Source: Clostridiales bacterium (lineage in GTDB: Bacteria; Bacillota; Clostridia; Christensenellales; UBA1242). Taken from it: a stretch of DNA of 64,000 bases. The notes beneath the pieces are model-generated. The model was not told where the DNA came from. It saw only the letters and a program-made list of their open reading frames with translations, and made no database searches. Below are positions 39,440 to 52,219 of the stretch, one piece after another (the stretch's first letter is position 1; the number at the start of each line of letters is the position of its first letter). The position numbers and the translations under genes are program-made. The stretch spans positions 135,365 through 199,364 of the forward strand of contig SVHX01000001.1 in NCBI GenBank assembly GCA_015055665.1. The letters run 5' to 3'.

Positions 39440-39796
39440 TTAACCTATCATAAGTTCGCTCTTGACCTTATTGTATTTTTCGCTAAGATTAAGGATATAG
39501 AACTGCTTTTGCCTATCATCAAGTGTGCTAAAGTATTCCTGATCACATAGTCTTCCAAGAGGGTTGTAACAATCAGAATCCAGTATATCACGAACTTTGT
39601 TGATAAACTCAATGTCTTCGCTATCTTTAATTGTTACATAATTCGTTTCTGCCTTTAACTTCTTTAGAGCCAATGCATTACAGATAAAATAACTACTAGC
39701 CTTATTTTTGTTGATTACTGGTTTTTCATCATAATTTTTGTTCATTAATCTTTGCTTAGCAAGATTAGCCAAGAACTTAAGCTCGTTGCTTCTCAT
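39440..39796 (-). CDS. hypothetical protein (118 aa)
   Basis: ORF with a plausible RBS. No recognised motif. Confidence 0.5.
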   Translation of the reverse strand: MRSNELKFLANLAKQRLMNKNYDEKPVINKNKASSYFICNALALKKLKAETNYVTIKDSEDIEFINKVRDILDSDCYNPLGRLCDQEYFSTLDDRQKQFYILNLSEKYNKVKSELMIG

Positions 39797-39922
39797 ATTA
39801 ATTCACCTTTTCCTTTTTTCATTTCTACAGGATTATTATAACAATATAGATGCACTCTACCAAACGAACTCAAGTTCTAAAATTGACTAGTTTTGTCGGT
39901 TTTTTTGATATTATTTTTCGAC

Positions 39923-39948
39923 AAAAAAAGAGGAGATTAATCTCCCCC
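39923..39948 (-). terminator. intrinsic terminator after rpsU
   Basis: Minus strand GGGGAGA-TTAA-TCTCCTC followed by T7. Confidence 0.7.
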
Positions 39949-39973
39949 AATAAATGCGAAATAATATAATTAA

Positions 39974-40165
39974 TTACGCTCTTTTCTTGTTTCTTTTGAT
40001 AGCAGCCTTTTGTTTTTTCTTCTTCTTAACGCTTGGCTTCTCATATTGCTCATGCTTTCTTAGATCGCCGATAATACCGTCTTTTTGGCATTTTCTTTTG
40101 AATCTTTTGATAGCATTTTCAACGCTTTCAGTTTCTCCAACTCTTACTGTTGACAAGATATTCAC
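39974..40165 (-). CDS. rpsU: 30S ribosomal protein S21
   Basis: [26 protein letters not shown]...[11 protein letters not shown] is the S21 signature. The track start is GTG 40165. TTG 40156 (GGGTGA RBS, giving MSTVRV...) is an equally plausible start. Confidence 0.88.
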   Translation of the reverse strand: MNILSTVRVGETESVENAIKRFKRKCQKDGIIGDLRKHEQYEKPSVKKKKKQKAAIKRNKKRA

Positions 40166-40268
40166 CCACTTTTGTTCTAAATTCTCTAATATTATAGCTT
40201 AATTTTCTTATTTGTCAAGTGTTTTGTTGCAAATTTATGTTTTTCTTATATTTTATTACTAGTTTAAG

Positions 40269-40667
40269 CTATTTTATGCGTAATTTCTCACAAAGTGCAG
40301 ACATATCGGAATTAATTTTAGGATAATCTACCCACGACTTTCTGCCGTCATCATGCTTTCTTGGCAATATATGGTAATGCAAATGGAATACAGACTGCTC
40401 GGCATCAACACCATTAGCGTTCATAATATTAACCCCTGTATAACCGCAATTGTTTACATAATGTTGTGCTACTTTCTGAGTTGTTGCAATTACCTTTTTT
40501 AGTATCTCTACTGGAACATCAAGCGAATTCTCGTAATGTTCTTTGGGTATAACTAACGTATGCCCCTCGTAATCGTCTGCAATATCAAGAAAAGCATAAG
40601 TATGCTCATCCTCATAAATCTTATAACTAGGAATTTCTCCACTCAAAATTTTACAAAATATACACAT
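40269..40667 (-). CDS. HIT-family (Hint-like) nucleotide hydrolase
   Basis: 132 aa. Histidine triad HLHYHILP. Confidence 0.88.
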   Translation of the reverse strand: MCIFCKILSGEIPSYKIYEDEHTYAFLDIADDYEGHTLVIPKEHYENSLDVPVEILKKVIATTQKVAQHYVNNCGYTGVNIMNANGVDAEQSVFHLHYHILPRKHDDGRKSWVDYPKINSDMSALCEKLRIK

Positions 40668-40679
40668 AAAACCTACTCC

Positions 40680-41942
40680 TTAATCTTCCAATATAAGTAC
40701 TTTTATACCATCCATATATGGCTCAACAAATTTAACGTTATATTCCACACCTTGCTCCAAAGCACCACTTGCATAACACTTTATGTATTCTCTACTGAAC
40801 CCTTGCCAACAACCACACTTCTTCTCTTCAGCAAGCATAATCCCGCGTGTGCCGATATAATCTTTAAGATAATCACATCTTAATTCTTCGACCACCTTAG
40901 ATAACCTTTCTACACGCTCCTTCTTGACTGACATAGGGATATCTTCCCAATTATATGCCCTAGTCCCTTCTCTTCTCGAATACGGGAATATATGTACGAA
41001 AGAGAATTTGCACTTCTTTACAAATAGCAATGTAGTAACAAACTGCTCTTCGCTCTCTCCAGCGAAGCCAACAATAACATCTGTAGTAATATTGGCCTTA
41101 GGGAAATATTCTCTTATTAGCTCAATCTTAGCATAATACTCATTTGACGAGTAATGCCTATTCATCTTAGTAAGTATCTCGTCACACCCACTCTGTAAAG
41201 ACAAATGAAAGTGTGGAGAGAAATTTGGCATATCTTTCAGTATTTCTAGCAATTCTCGAGTTACAACATTAACCTCTAACGATCCAAGCGAAATTAATGC
41301 CGGTATATCATAGAGAGCCCTCATCAATCTACCAAGAGCAAGCTCTCCATCTATCTTATAACTACTAATATCAATGCCTGTTAATACTATCTCTTTACTA
41401 CGAGAAGCGATTACCTTAGCCTCAGCTACAATCTCTTCAAGAGCTCTACTACGAGATCTACCCCTAAGGTAAGGGATCAAACAGTACGAACAGAAGTTAT
41501 TACATCCATCCTGAATTTTCAAGTTCTCCCTAGTTGTAGTCTTGATCGGATTAACTATACTACAATATTCTTTTGGTATTTCAAATTTCGATTTTGTTGG
41601 ATTGTTAAGTATATCTAATATCTTATCCTTGCCTTCCGTACCAATAACCGATATTACATTGGATTTACCCTCAAACTGCTCAATATTACTCTCTCCCGCA
41701 CAACCACAAACAATTATTTTGCAATCCGGATTAAGTGCACAACACTTAGCAATATATTGTCTACTCTTCTTCTCTGCCTCAGAGGTTACTGCACAAGAGT
41801 TAATAATGTATATATCTGCAGGTTGCATTTTGTCATATACAGTGTAACCATTATCTAGTAGAATTCTTGCCATGCAGTCACTTTCGTATTTATTCTGCTT
41901 GCAACCAAGCGTCACAATAATTACACTGCTCATACATCCCAC
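40680..41942 (-). CDS. mtaB: tRNA threonylcarbamoyladenosine methylthiotransferase MtaB (YqeV type)
   Basis: 420 aa. UPF0004 N-domain (VTLGCKQNKYES), radical-SAM CNNFCSYC and a TRAM-like C-terminus. Downstream of rsmE as for yqeV. An alternative start is ATG 41933. Confidence 0.85.
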   Translation of the reverse strand: MGCMSSVIIVTLGCKQNKYESDCMARILLDNGYTVYDKMQPADIYIINSCAVTSEAEKKSRQYIAKCCALNPDCKIIVCGCAGESNIEQFEGKSNVISVIGTEGKDKILDILNNPTKSKFEIPKEYCSIVNPIKTTTRENLKIQDGCNNFCSYCLIPYLRGRSRSRALEEIVAEAKVIASRSKEIVLTGIDISSYKIDGELALGRLMRALYDIPALISLGSLEVNVVTRELLEILKDMPNFSPHFHLSLQSGCDEILTKMNRHYSSNEYYAKIELIREYFPKANITTDVIVGFAGESEEQFVTTLLFVKKCKFSFVHIFPYSRREGTRAYNWEDIPMSVKKERVERLSKVVEELRCDYLKDYIGTRGIMLAEEKKCGCWQGFSREYIKCYASGALEQGVEYNVKFVEPYMDGIKVLILED

Positions 41943-42655
41943 TCTCCCATTTTACTTATAACTACTGCACTTAGAGCAATAGCCGCAGTTTCCGCACGTA
42001 ATATACGCTTGCCAAGGCTTATAGATCTTACATTAGGAAGATTTAATAGCCTTATTTCGTTCTCGCTAAAACCGCCTTCGCTACCAATAATAATTGCAAC
42101 TTTGGCAGTTCTATCAATTGTAATACCGCCTAAACTCTCAACTTTCTCGCACTCATTGGCAAAGATTACAATATCATACTGGCTTAGCGATTTTACCATA
42201 TCGCCAAATGTCATAGTATTCTTAATATCCATTGGGATACTGCGTTTACATTGTTTAATAGACTGGTTGGATATATCTTGAAGCTTACCAACCTTGCCCA
42301 TCTTGTCTTTGCTAGTAATATAGTCACTTTCAAACGGCACAAATGTCTTAACACCAAGTTCGGTTAATTTCTGCACAATTAGCGACATATTATCAGACTT
42401 TACAAGTGCCTGATATACCGTTAAATCAGCAATAGGATTATAAAGATTTTGTTGTCTTTCGCTAACAAAAACCTTAGTTTCTCCTTTGCTAAGCTCAGTT
42501 ATCTTAGCCAAGTAATCGTAATCATCACCACAAACAAGAACTATCTCATCCCCAACCTTCATACGCATAACGTTCTTGATGTGATTATGCTCAATCCCCT
42601 CAATCTTAACAATACTATTAACCTGTAATTGCTCATCTACATAAAATCTTTTCAT
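41930..42655 (-). CDS. rsmE: 16S rRNA (uracil1498-N3)-methyltransferase RsmE
   Basis: 241 aa. PUA-like N-terminus plus a SPOUT core (IIIGSEGGFSENE...LGKRILRAETA). Confidence 0.9.
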   Translation of the reverse strand: MKRFYVDEQLQVNSIVKIEGIEHNHIKNVMRMKVGDEIVLVCGDDYDYLAKITELSKGETKVFVSERQQNLYNPIADLTVYQALVKSDNMSLIVQKLTELGVKTFVPFESDYITSKDKMGKVGKLQDISNQSIKQCKRSIPMDIKNTMTFGDMVKSLSQYDIVIFANECEKVESLGGITIDRTAKVAIIIGSEGGFSENEIRLLNLPNVRSISLGKRILRAETAAIALSAVVISKMGEWDV

Positions 42656-42775
42656 ACTAGTATAATATCACAAAATAAAACAAACCTCAATGATTATTTT
42701 AATATCTTAACAAATATTTTAATTAAATAGATTAAATACAAATAAAATTTATGCTCTAAAATTTTTCGCAAACCT

Positions 42776-42805
42776 ATTGAAATCGTAATTTTGATATGCT
42801 ATAAT
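42776..42805 (+). promoter_or_regulatory. sigma-A-type promoter of the orphan two-gene cassette
   Basis: TTGAAA (42776-42781), 18 nt, then TATAAT (42800-42805). Confidence 0.55.
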
Positions 42806-42971
42806 ATAGGAAGTTCAAGCAAGCAGTGCGAAGCAATATTTGAATTGAACTGACGACCATTTCACTATTGTAATAGGCAATTTATTGCCTGTGTGATGAA
42901 AATCACACAAGTTGCGTTAGCAACATTACATAATGTATACTAAGTGTACTTTGTAACTTAAGGAGTTAGAT
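42806..42971 (+). promoter_or_regulatory. about 160-nt structured 5' leader (unclassified)
   Basis: Outer pairing AGTTCAA (42812-42818) with TTGAACT (42845-42851). Three consecutive perfect hairpins follow: AGGCAA-TTTA-TTGCCT (42875-42890), GTGTGAT-GAAA-ATCACAC (42891-42908) and GTTGC-GTTA-GCAAC (42911-42924). AAGGAG RBS at 42960. Confidence 0.45.
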
Positions 42972-43364
42972 ATGAACAAAAGACAATTAGGTTGGATTAT
43001 TAACGGATGTTTAGTTGCTGGAGCCATTATTACAAGTGTTGCCTTTCCGAACCCTCTTGTAATTATGCCAGTAGTAGCTACTGCTACTATAACAGGAACA
43101 ATACAAAGTATTTTTACTATTGTAGAATCAAAAGAAGAAAGAGAAAATCGAGAAAATAAAGAGTTAATTAGAATGTCCAGCACAGAAGATTCAAAAAACA
43201 ATCCAAATCCAGAGGAGGCTTATGAGGCAATGCACACCAATCCTCATAAAGCAAAGTTCTCGGGTGACCATAGAATTTACTCTTATAATGGTAATTCTTA
43301 TGACGATGATACGAACGATAATAATACCAATGAGATTTCACAAGACGAAGAGATGTCATTTTAA
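42972..43364 (+). CDS. hypothetical small membrane protein with an acidic disordered tail
   Basis: 130 aa with a strong RBS. Hydrophobic N-terminal ~50 aa (1-2 TM segments), then an E/D/N-rich tail. Confidence 0.6.
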   Translation: MNKRQLGWIINGCLVAGAIITSVAFPNPLVIMPVVATATITGTIQSIFTIVESKEERENRENKELIRMSSTEDSKNNPNPEEAYEAMHTNPHKAKFSGDHRIYSYNGNSYDDDTNDNNTNEISQDEEMSF

Positions 43365-43387
43365 TACAACTTGACTAAGGAGTTATT

Positions 43388-44341
43388 ATGATTAAAAATT
43401 CATTACTTGGCGCATATAGAAAGTTAAATCAACTAAGAAAAAATCTTTACGAAGGTCAATATAACGAAAAATTAAAGAAAAGACTTGATTTTTATGAACA
43501 AGAAGGCATGACCAACGAGTACTATCAAACATATCGTGCACTGCAAGAATATGAACAAATTGGATACGCACTAGACCATGTTTTTGTTAAGCCGGGAGAA
43601 TCTTACATGGGAGAAAAATTTTCATGGCAAGAATATTATAGACGTGCAGACCAATTGTTATATGGAGAGCCATGTCCAGAGTATGCTAATCCAGATTACT
43701 ATGGAACAAATGATAAATTATTAAGTATTGCAGTAGAAGAACTTAATAAAAAATATCCGTCAGATAAATGGCAGTTGGGAGACCTACCTTTATATCGTTG
43801 GAACATTTTAAACTATCCGGGATATGAAACAACACCAGCCGATATTCAATATTGGAGAAGTAATCCAAATGTTACTGAAAGTGACGGTTATTTTATAGAA
43901 TCTTCTGTTCGACATGTAAAATGTATTCATTCTGCAGGTGCAAAATCAATCTTAACACATGCACAAGATGATATTAAAAAATTACGTGATGCATGTAGTG
44001 CAATAAAAGAAGCAAGAGAGGCTTATGTCGTTGAAGATGATGTGCTACTAGACCATGAGTGCTCTGGTGGTTACGATTTGGGTTTAGATGTTGTATTTAG
44101 TGATAATGCTACAACAACATTCTATGGAACAGTATTAACCCCACAAGAACAAATATTAAATTCAACAATAGTTAGAGAAATAGATACTAGACTTGAAGGA
44201 TCAAAAGATATGGCTATTGTTCATGAAAGACTAAATAGAATTTCATCTGATTTTATATCGTTTTTGGCAAACAACAAGTTTAAACTATCATCAAGTGAAG
44301 CTGCTCCTGCAAGTGCAGAAGAAACTGTTTTAGGGAAATAA
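43388..44341 (+). CDS. hypothetical protein (317 aa), no recognised domain
   Basis: AAGGAG RBS 7 nt upstream, 23 nt after the preceding gene. Y/E/W-rich soluble protein. Confidence 0.65.
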   Translation: MIKNSLLGAYRKLNQLRKNLYEGQYNEKLKKRLDFYEQEGMTNEYYQTYRALQEYEQIGYALDHVFVKPGESYMGEKFSWQEYYRRADQLLYGEPCPEYANPDYYGTNDKLLSIAVEELNKKYPSDKWQLGDLPLYRWNILNYPGYETTPADIQYWRSNPNVTESDGYFIESSVRHVKCIHSAGAKSILTHAQDDIKKLRDACSAIKEAREAYVVEDDVLLDHECSGGYDLGLDVVFSDNATTTFYGTVLTPQEQILNSTIVREIDTRLEGSKDMAIVHERLNRISSDFISFLANNKFKLSSSEAAPASAEETVLGK

Positions 44342-44346
44342 TCTTA

Positions 44347-44385
44347 AAGACATTCAAATTAAACTTTGAGTGTCTTTTCTTTTTG
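44347..44385 (+). terminator. intrinsic terminator of the orphan cassette
   Basis: AAAGACATTCAAA/TTTGAGTGTCTTT stem (one G-U pair) followed by TCTTTTT. Confidence 0.6.
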
Positions 44386-44444
44386 ACACAATAAATATCC
44401 ACCTGCTAGTGAAGTCAACCCCAGACTAACTGTGGGTTTTAGAA

Positions 44445-44475
44445 ACAACAAAAAACCTTACTATTGTAAGGTTTT
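44445..44475 (-). terminator. intrinsic terminator after dnaJ
   Basis: AACCTTAC-TATT-GTAAGGTT with runs on both sides, abutting the dnaJ stop. Confidence 0.7.
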
Positions 44476-45621
44476 TTACTTTTCAATATTCTTCATATCT
44501 TTTAGATAATCTTTGTATCTGCCAAAGTTGTCTGTCTTAATCGAGGACTTAAGAGTTTCAAGAGCCTTCTTATCTGATTTAGATAGCGATTTAGGCGTTT
44601 CTGCGATTACAGTAACGATTAGATTGCCGTAAGTTTCTCTATTAAGATACTTAATACCCTTGCCTCTTAACTTAAATGTGGTATTAGACTGAGTAAGTTC
44701 TGGAATCTTAAGAGTAGTTGTTCCCTTAGCAAGAGGAATTTCCACCTCTCCGCCTAGCAGCAACGTATAGAACGGTACATAAAGTTTAAGATTAAGGTCA
44801 AATCCGTCACGAACAAGCAACCTATGTTCTTTAACTTTAACAATAATATGTAGGTCGCCATCCTCACCGCCACGCTTACCACAATTACCCTTGCCTCGCA
44901 TTGTAAGTACTTGACCATCATCAATGCCCGCAGGTACTTTAACCGAGATTGTGGAATTAACTTTCTTGTAACCATTACCGTTACACTCTGGGCACTTCTC
45001 TTTGATCTGCTTACCAGTTCCATTACAAGCTTTACATGGACCTTGTCTAATAGTTGTTCCAAATAGACTAGCAGTCTGGTATCTTACTTGACCAGTACCA
45101 TTACACTCGCTACACTTGGTATATTCTGTACCATTTTTTGCACCAGTCTTATTACAAGCTTCGCAGGATTCGAACCTAGGAACTATAATTTCCTTAGTTA
45201 CACCAAAAACAGCCTCTTCAAACTCAAGAGTCATCTGCACTTGGATATCCTCGCCCCTTACTCCAGCATTGGCTCTAGAACTTCCTCCAAAGCCACCACC
45301 AAATATATTGCCAAATATATCTCCAAGATCGCTAAAGTCGCCAAATCCACTAAAGCCACTAAATCCGCCGGTTCCGCCACCGAAACCGCCGAATCCTTGT
45401 GGGCCAGATGCCGAGCCAAATTGGTCGTAATTAGACTTCTTCTGAGGATCGGATAGACACTCATACGCCTCATTAACCTCTTTGAACTTCTCGTCTGCAC
45501 CGGCTTCTTTATTAATATCTGGGTGATATTTTTTGGCAAGCTTTCTATATGCTGATTTTATTTCCTCAGCGCTAGCATCTTTGCCAACGCCAAGGATATC
45601 ATAATAATCTTTGTTTGCCAT
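44476..45621 (-). CDS. dnaJ: molecular chaperone DnaJ
   Basis: 381 aa. J-domain (YYDILGV...HPD), G/F-rich linker and four CxxCxGxG zinc motifs. Confidence 0.97.
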   Translation of the reverse strand: MANKDYYDILGVGKDASAEEIKSAYRKLAKKYHPDINKEAGADEKFKEVNEAYECLSDPQKKSNYDQFGSASGPQGFGGFGGGTGGFSGFSGFGDFSDLGDIFGNIFGGGFGGSSRANAGVRGEDIQVQMTLEFEEAVFGVTKEIIVPRFESCEACNKTGAKNGTEYTKCSECNGTGQVRYQTASLFGTTIRQGPCKACNGTGKQIKEKCPECNGNGYKKVNSTISVKVPAGIDDGQVLTMRGKGNCGKRGGEDGDLHIIVKVKEHRLLVRDGFDLNLKLYVPFYTLLLGGEVEIPLAKGTTTLKIPELTQSNTTFKLRGKGIKYLNRETYGNLIVTVIAETPKSLSKSDKKALETLKSSIKTDNFGRYKDYLKDMKNIEK

Positions 45622-45637
45622 TATATCTTAACCTTTA

Positions 45638-47479
<1,842 letters not shown>

Positions 47480-47499
47480 TTAAAATTTCAAATTTTTTA

Positions 47500-47985
47500 T
47501 TAACTAATTTTATTTATTTGTACGACGCTATGTCGTATTACTCTTTCGTTCTTCATTATGAAGCCTTCTTGATACTCTTCGAGAATCTCTCCATCTGGTC
47601 TATCTGGATTAGATCCTGTAAGCACAGCATTGTGATATTTAGGATCAAACATAGCGCCCTTGGCATCTATCTTCGTAACACCAATCTCTTCTAGAGCCTT
47701 AATAATCTGACTATACACTAGATCTACACCCTTAAGAGTATTCTCATCCAATATACTTGCTCTTGCTTGCTTAAAGCTATCCATTGCAGGAAGCAACTTC
47801 TCAACCGTATGGGCAATTCCATTATCAAAGCTCTGCATACTAATCTCAGAATTTCGCCTCTTGTAATTCTCAAACTCTGCCTTAATACGTTGAGCAAGCT
47901 CTAGATATTCTTGCTCTTTACTTACCTCTTCTAATACCTCAGGAGCTTCTTCTGTCTTGACTGTTTTTTTCTCTTTCTTATCCAC
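47500..47985 (-). CDS. grpE: nucleotide exchange factor GrpE
   Basis: 161 aa. Coiled-coil N-terminus (AEFENYKRR) and GrpE C-terminus (FDPKYHNAV...GFIMKNERVIRHSVV). Confidence 0.93.
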   Translation of the reverse strand: MDKKEKKTVKTEEAPEVLEEVSKEQEYLELAQRIKAEFENYKRRNSEISMQSFDNGIAHTVEKLLPAMDSFKQARASILDENTLKGVDLVYSQIIKALEEIGVTKIDAKGAMFDPKYHNAVLTGSNPDRPDGEILEEYQEGFIMKNERVIRHSVVQINKIS

Positions 47986-47996
47986 AATTATCTCCT

Positions 47997-49037
47997 TTAA
48001 TCTCTCTTATCTATCTCGGCAATTTCTTCGGTTATGAATTTAAGTGCCGAAGCTATTCTATAATAATCTAATCTTTTAGGGCCAACAACACCAATAGATG
48101 CAACAACTCCGCTCTTTAAGCTATAATTAGCTTTGATTATAGAGTAATCGTCATACTCATCCTTGCCCTCTTCCCCAATACTATAAACAATATCGTTATT
48201 GCTAGTATCGTCAATCTTGGTAATTATCTTAGATATCTCTTTCTCATCTTTTACCAAACTTAAGAACTTCTTAGCAGAATCTATATCCTTATACTCATTA
48301 TTCTCTAGTAGATCAGTCACATTAGCGTGCGTCTTAATTGCCGTATTAGTCGAATACAACTTAAGTATCTCTGCTATAAACGAGAAGAACTCTTGAAAGT
48401 ATTTAATCTGATCCTTGAATAAATTATTGTAATAATCCATATTCTCTAAGATCTCTCTAATCTTCTTATTACCTAGATTAGTAGACAAGAATTTGCTAGC
48501 ATCCTTGCAGTTATCCTCAGTTACTTCGCTAGAAAGATTAATTGTATTATTTATAATACCGGCATCTGTCTGCACAAGAACTAACGCCTGACCTGTTATT
48601 AACGGAATAATATTAATGTTTCTAATAGTAAGGCTGTCATAATTATGCATCTCAATAAATGTTGGGAGCTTAAGCACGTCACTTACGTTCTTGGCTAAAC
48701 TATCAACAATATCGAGTATAAAGTTACTGCGACTAACAAACTTGCCCTTAATATCATCTACTACATCACTATCAAAATTGCTAGATTTAAGTAACATATC
48801 TACATAGAATTTGTACCCTTCGCTAGTAGGAACTCTTCCGCCAGATGTATGGAGTTGCTTCAAGAACCCCATCTCCTCTAGAGCGTTAAGTTCGTTCCTA
48901 AGAGTTGCCGAACTAAGCGTTGTGAACACTGTACTCTGTACATTACCACTAGTTATAGGCAAAGCGTTATCTATATAATTGCCTACAGCGGTTAGCAATA
49001 TTTCTTTCTTCCTATCACTAAGATTATACCCTGACAC
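47997..49037 (-). CDS. hrcA: heat-inducible transcription repressor HrcA
   Basis: 346 aa with a GTG start after a GGAGG RBS. Winged-helix N-terminus (SSATLRNELNALEEMGFLKQLHTSGGRVPT). First gene of the hrcA-grpE-dnaK-dnaJ operon. Confidence 0.93.
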   Translation of the reverse strand: MSGYNLSDRKKEILLTAVGNYIDNALPITSGNVQSTVFTTLSSATLRNELNALEEMGFLKQLHTSGGRVPTSEGYKFYVDMLLKSSNFDSDVVDDIKGKFVSRSNFILDIVDSLAKNVSDVLKLPTFIEMHNYDSLTIRNINIIPLITGQALVLVQTDAGIINNTINLSSEVTEDNCKDASKFLSTNLGNKKIREILENMDYYNNLFKDQIKYFQEFFSFIAEILKLYSTNTAIKTHANVTDLLENNEYKDIDSAKKFLSLVKDEKEISKIITKIDDTSNNDIVYSIGEEGKDEYDDYSIIKANYSLKSGVVASIGVVGPKRLDYYRIASALKFITEEIAEIDKRD

Positions 49038-49076
49038 TTAACCTCCATTAATGTTAGCACTATAAATTTTTATTTG

Positions 49077-49103
49077 TTAGCACTCTCACCTCGAGATTGC
49101 TAA
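49077..49103. promoter_or_regulatory. CIRCE operator (HrcA binding site)
   Basis: TTAGCACTC-N9-GATTGCTAA, one mismatch to TTAGCACTC-N9-GAGTGCTAA. It lies between the promoter and the hrcA start. An extra TTAGCAC half-site sits at 49054. Confidence 0.85.
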
Positions 49104-49107
49104 TTAC

Positions 49108-49136
49108 ATTTTATTATAGTTATATTCAGTTGTCAA
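49108..49136 (-). promoter_or_regulatory. sigma-A-type promoter of the hrcA operon
   Basis: Minus strand TTGACA (49131-49136), 17 nt, then TAAAAT (49108-49113), immediately upstream of CIRCE. Confidence 0.6.
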
Positions 49137-49287
49137 CACTTTTATGCCACTTTTTGAAAAATATTTTAAATTTTTTATTTTTCTACAATTTTTTGTTTAT
49201 TACAATTATAATTATTATATAGATAGAATAAAAACATAATAATAGAAAAAAACGACTGGAATACATTTTCCAATCGTTATAATATAT

Positions 49288-50430
49288 TTAGTTAACTAAT
49301 TCGAGTATTATCTTATTAAGCACGTGCATGCCTTTGTCGGTTACAATTATATAATTATCTAGAATTTGAATTAGCCCTTCGGATAGAAAATAGCTGATTT
49401 CTGCATTTTTCTTAGCTAATAGGTCAACTCCAAATTTATCTTTAATGTCTCCTATATTAATGCCATACTTTGTCCTAAGCCCTAACATTATAGTTTCTTC
49501 TAGGAGTTCCGACTTAGAAATATTCTCTTCTTCATCAATTGGCTTTTTGTTAAGCCCAATTAACTTAATATAATCTTCAATAGAGCTTACATTGCTATAT
49601 CTCTTTTTGCCCAGATACCCATGTGCTCCAGCACCAAGCCCTATATACTCATGCATTTGCCATGTATTTAGGTTATGCTTGCACTCCATATTTTCTCTAG
49701 CAAAGTTACTTACCTCGTACCTATCATACCCTTTCTCTCTAAGGTATTTTAAGGTGTAATCATACATACCTACCACTTTTTCTTCCTTAGGAAGCTTAAC
49801 CTCTCCATTACTTACCATTGCAAATAACGGGGTATCCTCCTCAAGTATTAGTGAGTACACACTAATATGACTACATCCTAACTTTGTTACAAGTCCAAGA
49901 GTCTTTCTCACATCACCTAATTTCTGCCTTGGCAATCCTATAAGGCAATCGGTATTAATATTGGTAATACCTGCATCAATAATATCCTGAACCGCATCAA
50001 TATAATCTTGTTTGGTGTGAGGACGACCAATCAGCCTAAGTAAGTTATGATTAGTTGTCTGCAATCCAACACTTACCCTATTAACACCACAATCGTGCCA
50101 CTCTATAGCCTTGGCTTTAGTTATCGAATTAGGATTAGCCTCAATGGTTATCTCTGCATCAACCAAAACATCAAAGTTCTTTCTAATTTCCGAAAGTAGC
50201 GTAGAAATACATCCCGTAAACATTATACTAGGTGTTCCGCCACCTATAAATATAGTGTCAACCTTAATATCCTTAGAGGAATACATAGATATTTCTTTAA
50301 GTAGCGACTGAAAGTACTTGAGTTGCATATCATCCTTGCCACTATAAGAATTAAAGTTGCAATACTTACACTTAGATGCACAAAAAGGAAAATGAACGTA
50401 AATTCCAACACTTTTATCCATATTAGTCAA
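49288..50430 (-). CDS. hemW: radical-SAM heme chaperone HemW (HemN-like)
   Basis: 380 aa. [16 protein letters not shown] motif. Position between lepA and hrcA as in Bacillus. Confidence 0.88.
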   Translation of the reverse strand: MTNMDKSVGIYVHFPFCASKCKYCNFNSYSGKDDMQLKYFQSLLKEISMYSSKDIKVDTIFIGGGTPSIMFTGCISTLLSEIRKNFDVLVDAEITIEANPNSITKAKAIEWHDCGVNRVSVGLQTTNHNLLRLIGRPHTKQDYIDAVQDIIDAGITNINTDCLIGLPRQKLGDVRKTLGLVTKLGCSHISVYSLILEEDTPLFAMVSNGEVKLPKEEKVVGMYDYTLKYLREKGYDRYEVSNFARENMECKHNLNTWQMHEYIGLGAGAHGYLGKKRYSNVSSIEDYIKLIGLNKKPIDEEENISKSELLEETIMLGLRTKYGINIGDIKDKFGVDLLAKKNAEISYFLSEGLIQILDNYIIVTDKGMHVLNKIILELVN

Positions 50431-52219
50431 TCTTGAGGATAGATATAAACGCCTCGCTAGGAATCTCTACCGAGCCAACTCTCCTCATCCTCTTCTTTCC
50501 TCGTTTTTGTTTCTCAAGTAATTTACGCTTTCTAGTAATATCACCGCCATAACACTTAGCTAAGACATCTTTCCTCATAGCCTTGATAGTTTCTCGAGCA
50601 ATAACCTTATTGCCCACTGCGGCTTGAATAGGTATCTCAAATAACTGTCTAGGAATAACCTCTTTTAGCTTTTCGGCAATACCTCTTCCTCTTGCATAAG
50701 CCCTGTCTTTGTGAACAATAAGACTAAGTGCGTCACACACCTCGCCATTAAGTAGTATATCCAACTTAACAAGGCTACTGTCTTCGTATCCAATTATCTC
50801 ATAATCAAGACTTGCATAACCCCTTGATCTTGACTTAAGCTGATCAAAGAAATCAAAAATAATCTCATTTAAAGGCATTTTATATATTAATTGACATCTA
50901 TTGGCATCAAGGTATTGTAGGTCTAGATGTATCCCCCTCTTCTCTTGGCATAGTTTCATAAGCTCGCCAACATAATCCGGAGGAGTAAACATATTAACCT
51001 TAACCATAGGCTCTTCCATACGACCAATGCTCTGAGTATCTGGCATTTCAGCCGGATTACTAATCTCAATCACCTCACCATTTGTCTTGGTTATCCTATA
51101 ATTAACAGTTGGTGCGGTTGTAATAAGATCTAGGTCAAATTCCCTCTCCAGTCTTTCTTGAATTATCTCCATATGCAATAATCCTAGAAAACCACATCTA
51201 AAACCAAATCCAAGTGCTTGCGATACTTCTGGTACGTACTCAAGAGATGCATCATTGAGCTTAAGCTTCTCAAGAGCATCTTTTAGGTCGTTATATCTAT
51301 CACCCTCAACACAGAATATTCCACTAAATACCACAGGTTTTACTTCCTTATATCCAGGAAGAGCACTTTCGCATGGATTATCTGCAGATGTAATAGTGTC
51401 ACCAACTCTAGTTTCGCTTACATTTTTGATACTAGCGCAAATATAACCAACATCTCCAGCAAGCAGTTCGGATTTTTCAGTTGCCTTAGGTGTAAATACC
51501 CCCACTTCCGTTACATCAAAAGTATTACCTGTTGTCCAGAACTTAATCTTGCTACCCTTCTTAACGCTACCATCCACAATCCTTACCAAGCACACAGCAC
51601 CCTTAAAATTGTCATAATAACTATCGAAGATTAGAGCTTTCAAAGGCTTATTCTCCTCGCCTTTAGGACTAGGGAACGCACGAACAACTTCTCTTAAGAC
51701 ATCTGCAATATTAGTGCCACATTTAGCACTAACACAAGGAACATTATCACAAGGGATGCCTATTACGTCTTCTATCTCTTTCTTGGTCCTCTCAATATCT
51801 GCACTAGGTAGATCGATTTTATTAATAACTGGCAATATCTCAAGATCATTTTCGATTGCCAGATAGACATTGGCTAAAGTTTGAGCTTCTACGCCTTGAG
51901 TCGCGTCTACAATAAGGATAGCACCTTCGCAAGCAGCAAGAGATCTAGACACCTCGTATGTAAAGTCTACATGCCCTGGAGTGTCTATAAGATTAAGCTC
52001 ATAATTAACGCCATTTTCTTCGTATTTCATAGTGGTTGGAGTAAGCTTGATTGTAATACCTCTCTCCCTCTCTATATCCATACTATCAAGCAATTGCTCA
52101 GTCAAATCTCTCTTTGCAACTGTTCCTGTTTCCTCAAGCAACCTATCCGCTAGAGTACTCTTTCCGTGATCAATATGTGCCACGATACAAAAATTTCTAA
52201 TATTATCTTGTCTTGCCAT
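50423..52219 (-). CDS. lepA: translation elongation factor 4 (LepA)
   Basis: 598 aa. [22 protein letters not shown]1 motif, DTPGHVDF, and the LepA-specific C-terminus. Confidence 0.97.
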   Translation of the reverse strand: MARQDNIRNFCIVAHIDHGKSTLADRLLEETGTVAKRDLTEQLLDSMDIERERGITIKLTPTTMKYEENGVNYELNLIDTPGHVDFTYEVSRSLAACEGAILIVDATQGVEAQTLANVYLAIENDLEILPVINKIDLPSADIERTKKEIEDVIGIPCDNVPCVSAKCGTNIADVLREVVRAFPSPKGEENKPLKALIFDSYYDNFKGAVCLVRIVDGSVKKGSKIKFWTTGNTFDVTEVGVFTPKATEKSELLAGDVGYICASIKNVSETRVGDTITSADNPCESALPGYKEVKPVVFSGIFCVEGDRYNDLKDALEKLKLNDASLEYVPEVSQALGFGFRCGFLGLLHMEIIQERLEREFDLDLITTAPTVNYRITKTNGEVIEISNPAEMPDTQSIGRMEEPMVKVNMFTPPDYVGELMKLCQEKRGIHLDLQYLDANRCQLIYKMPLNEIIFDFFDQLKSRSRGYASLDYEIIGYEDSSLVKLDILLNGEVCDALSLIVHKDRAYARGRGIAEKLKEVIPRQLFEIPIQAAVGNKVIARETIKAMRKDVLAKCYGGDITRKRKLLEKQKRGKKRMRRVGSVEIPSEAFISILKID

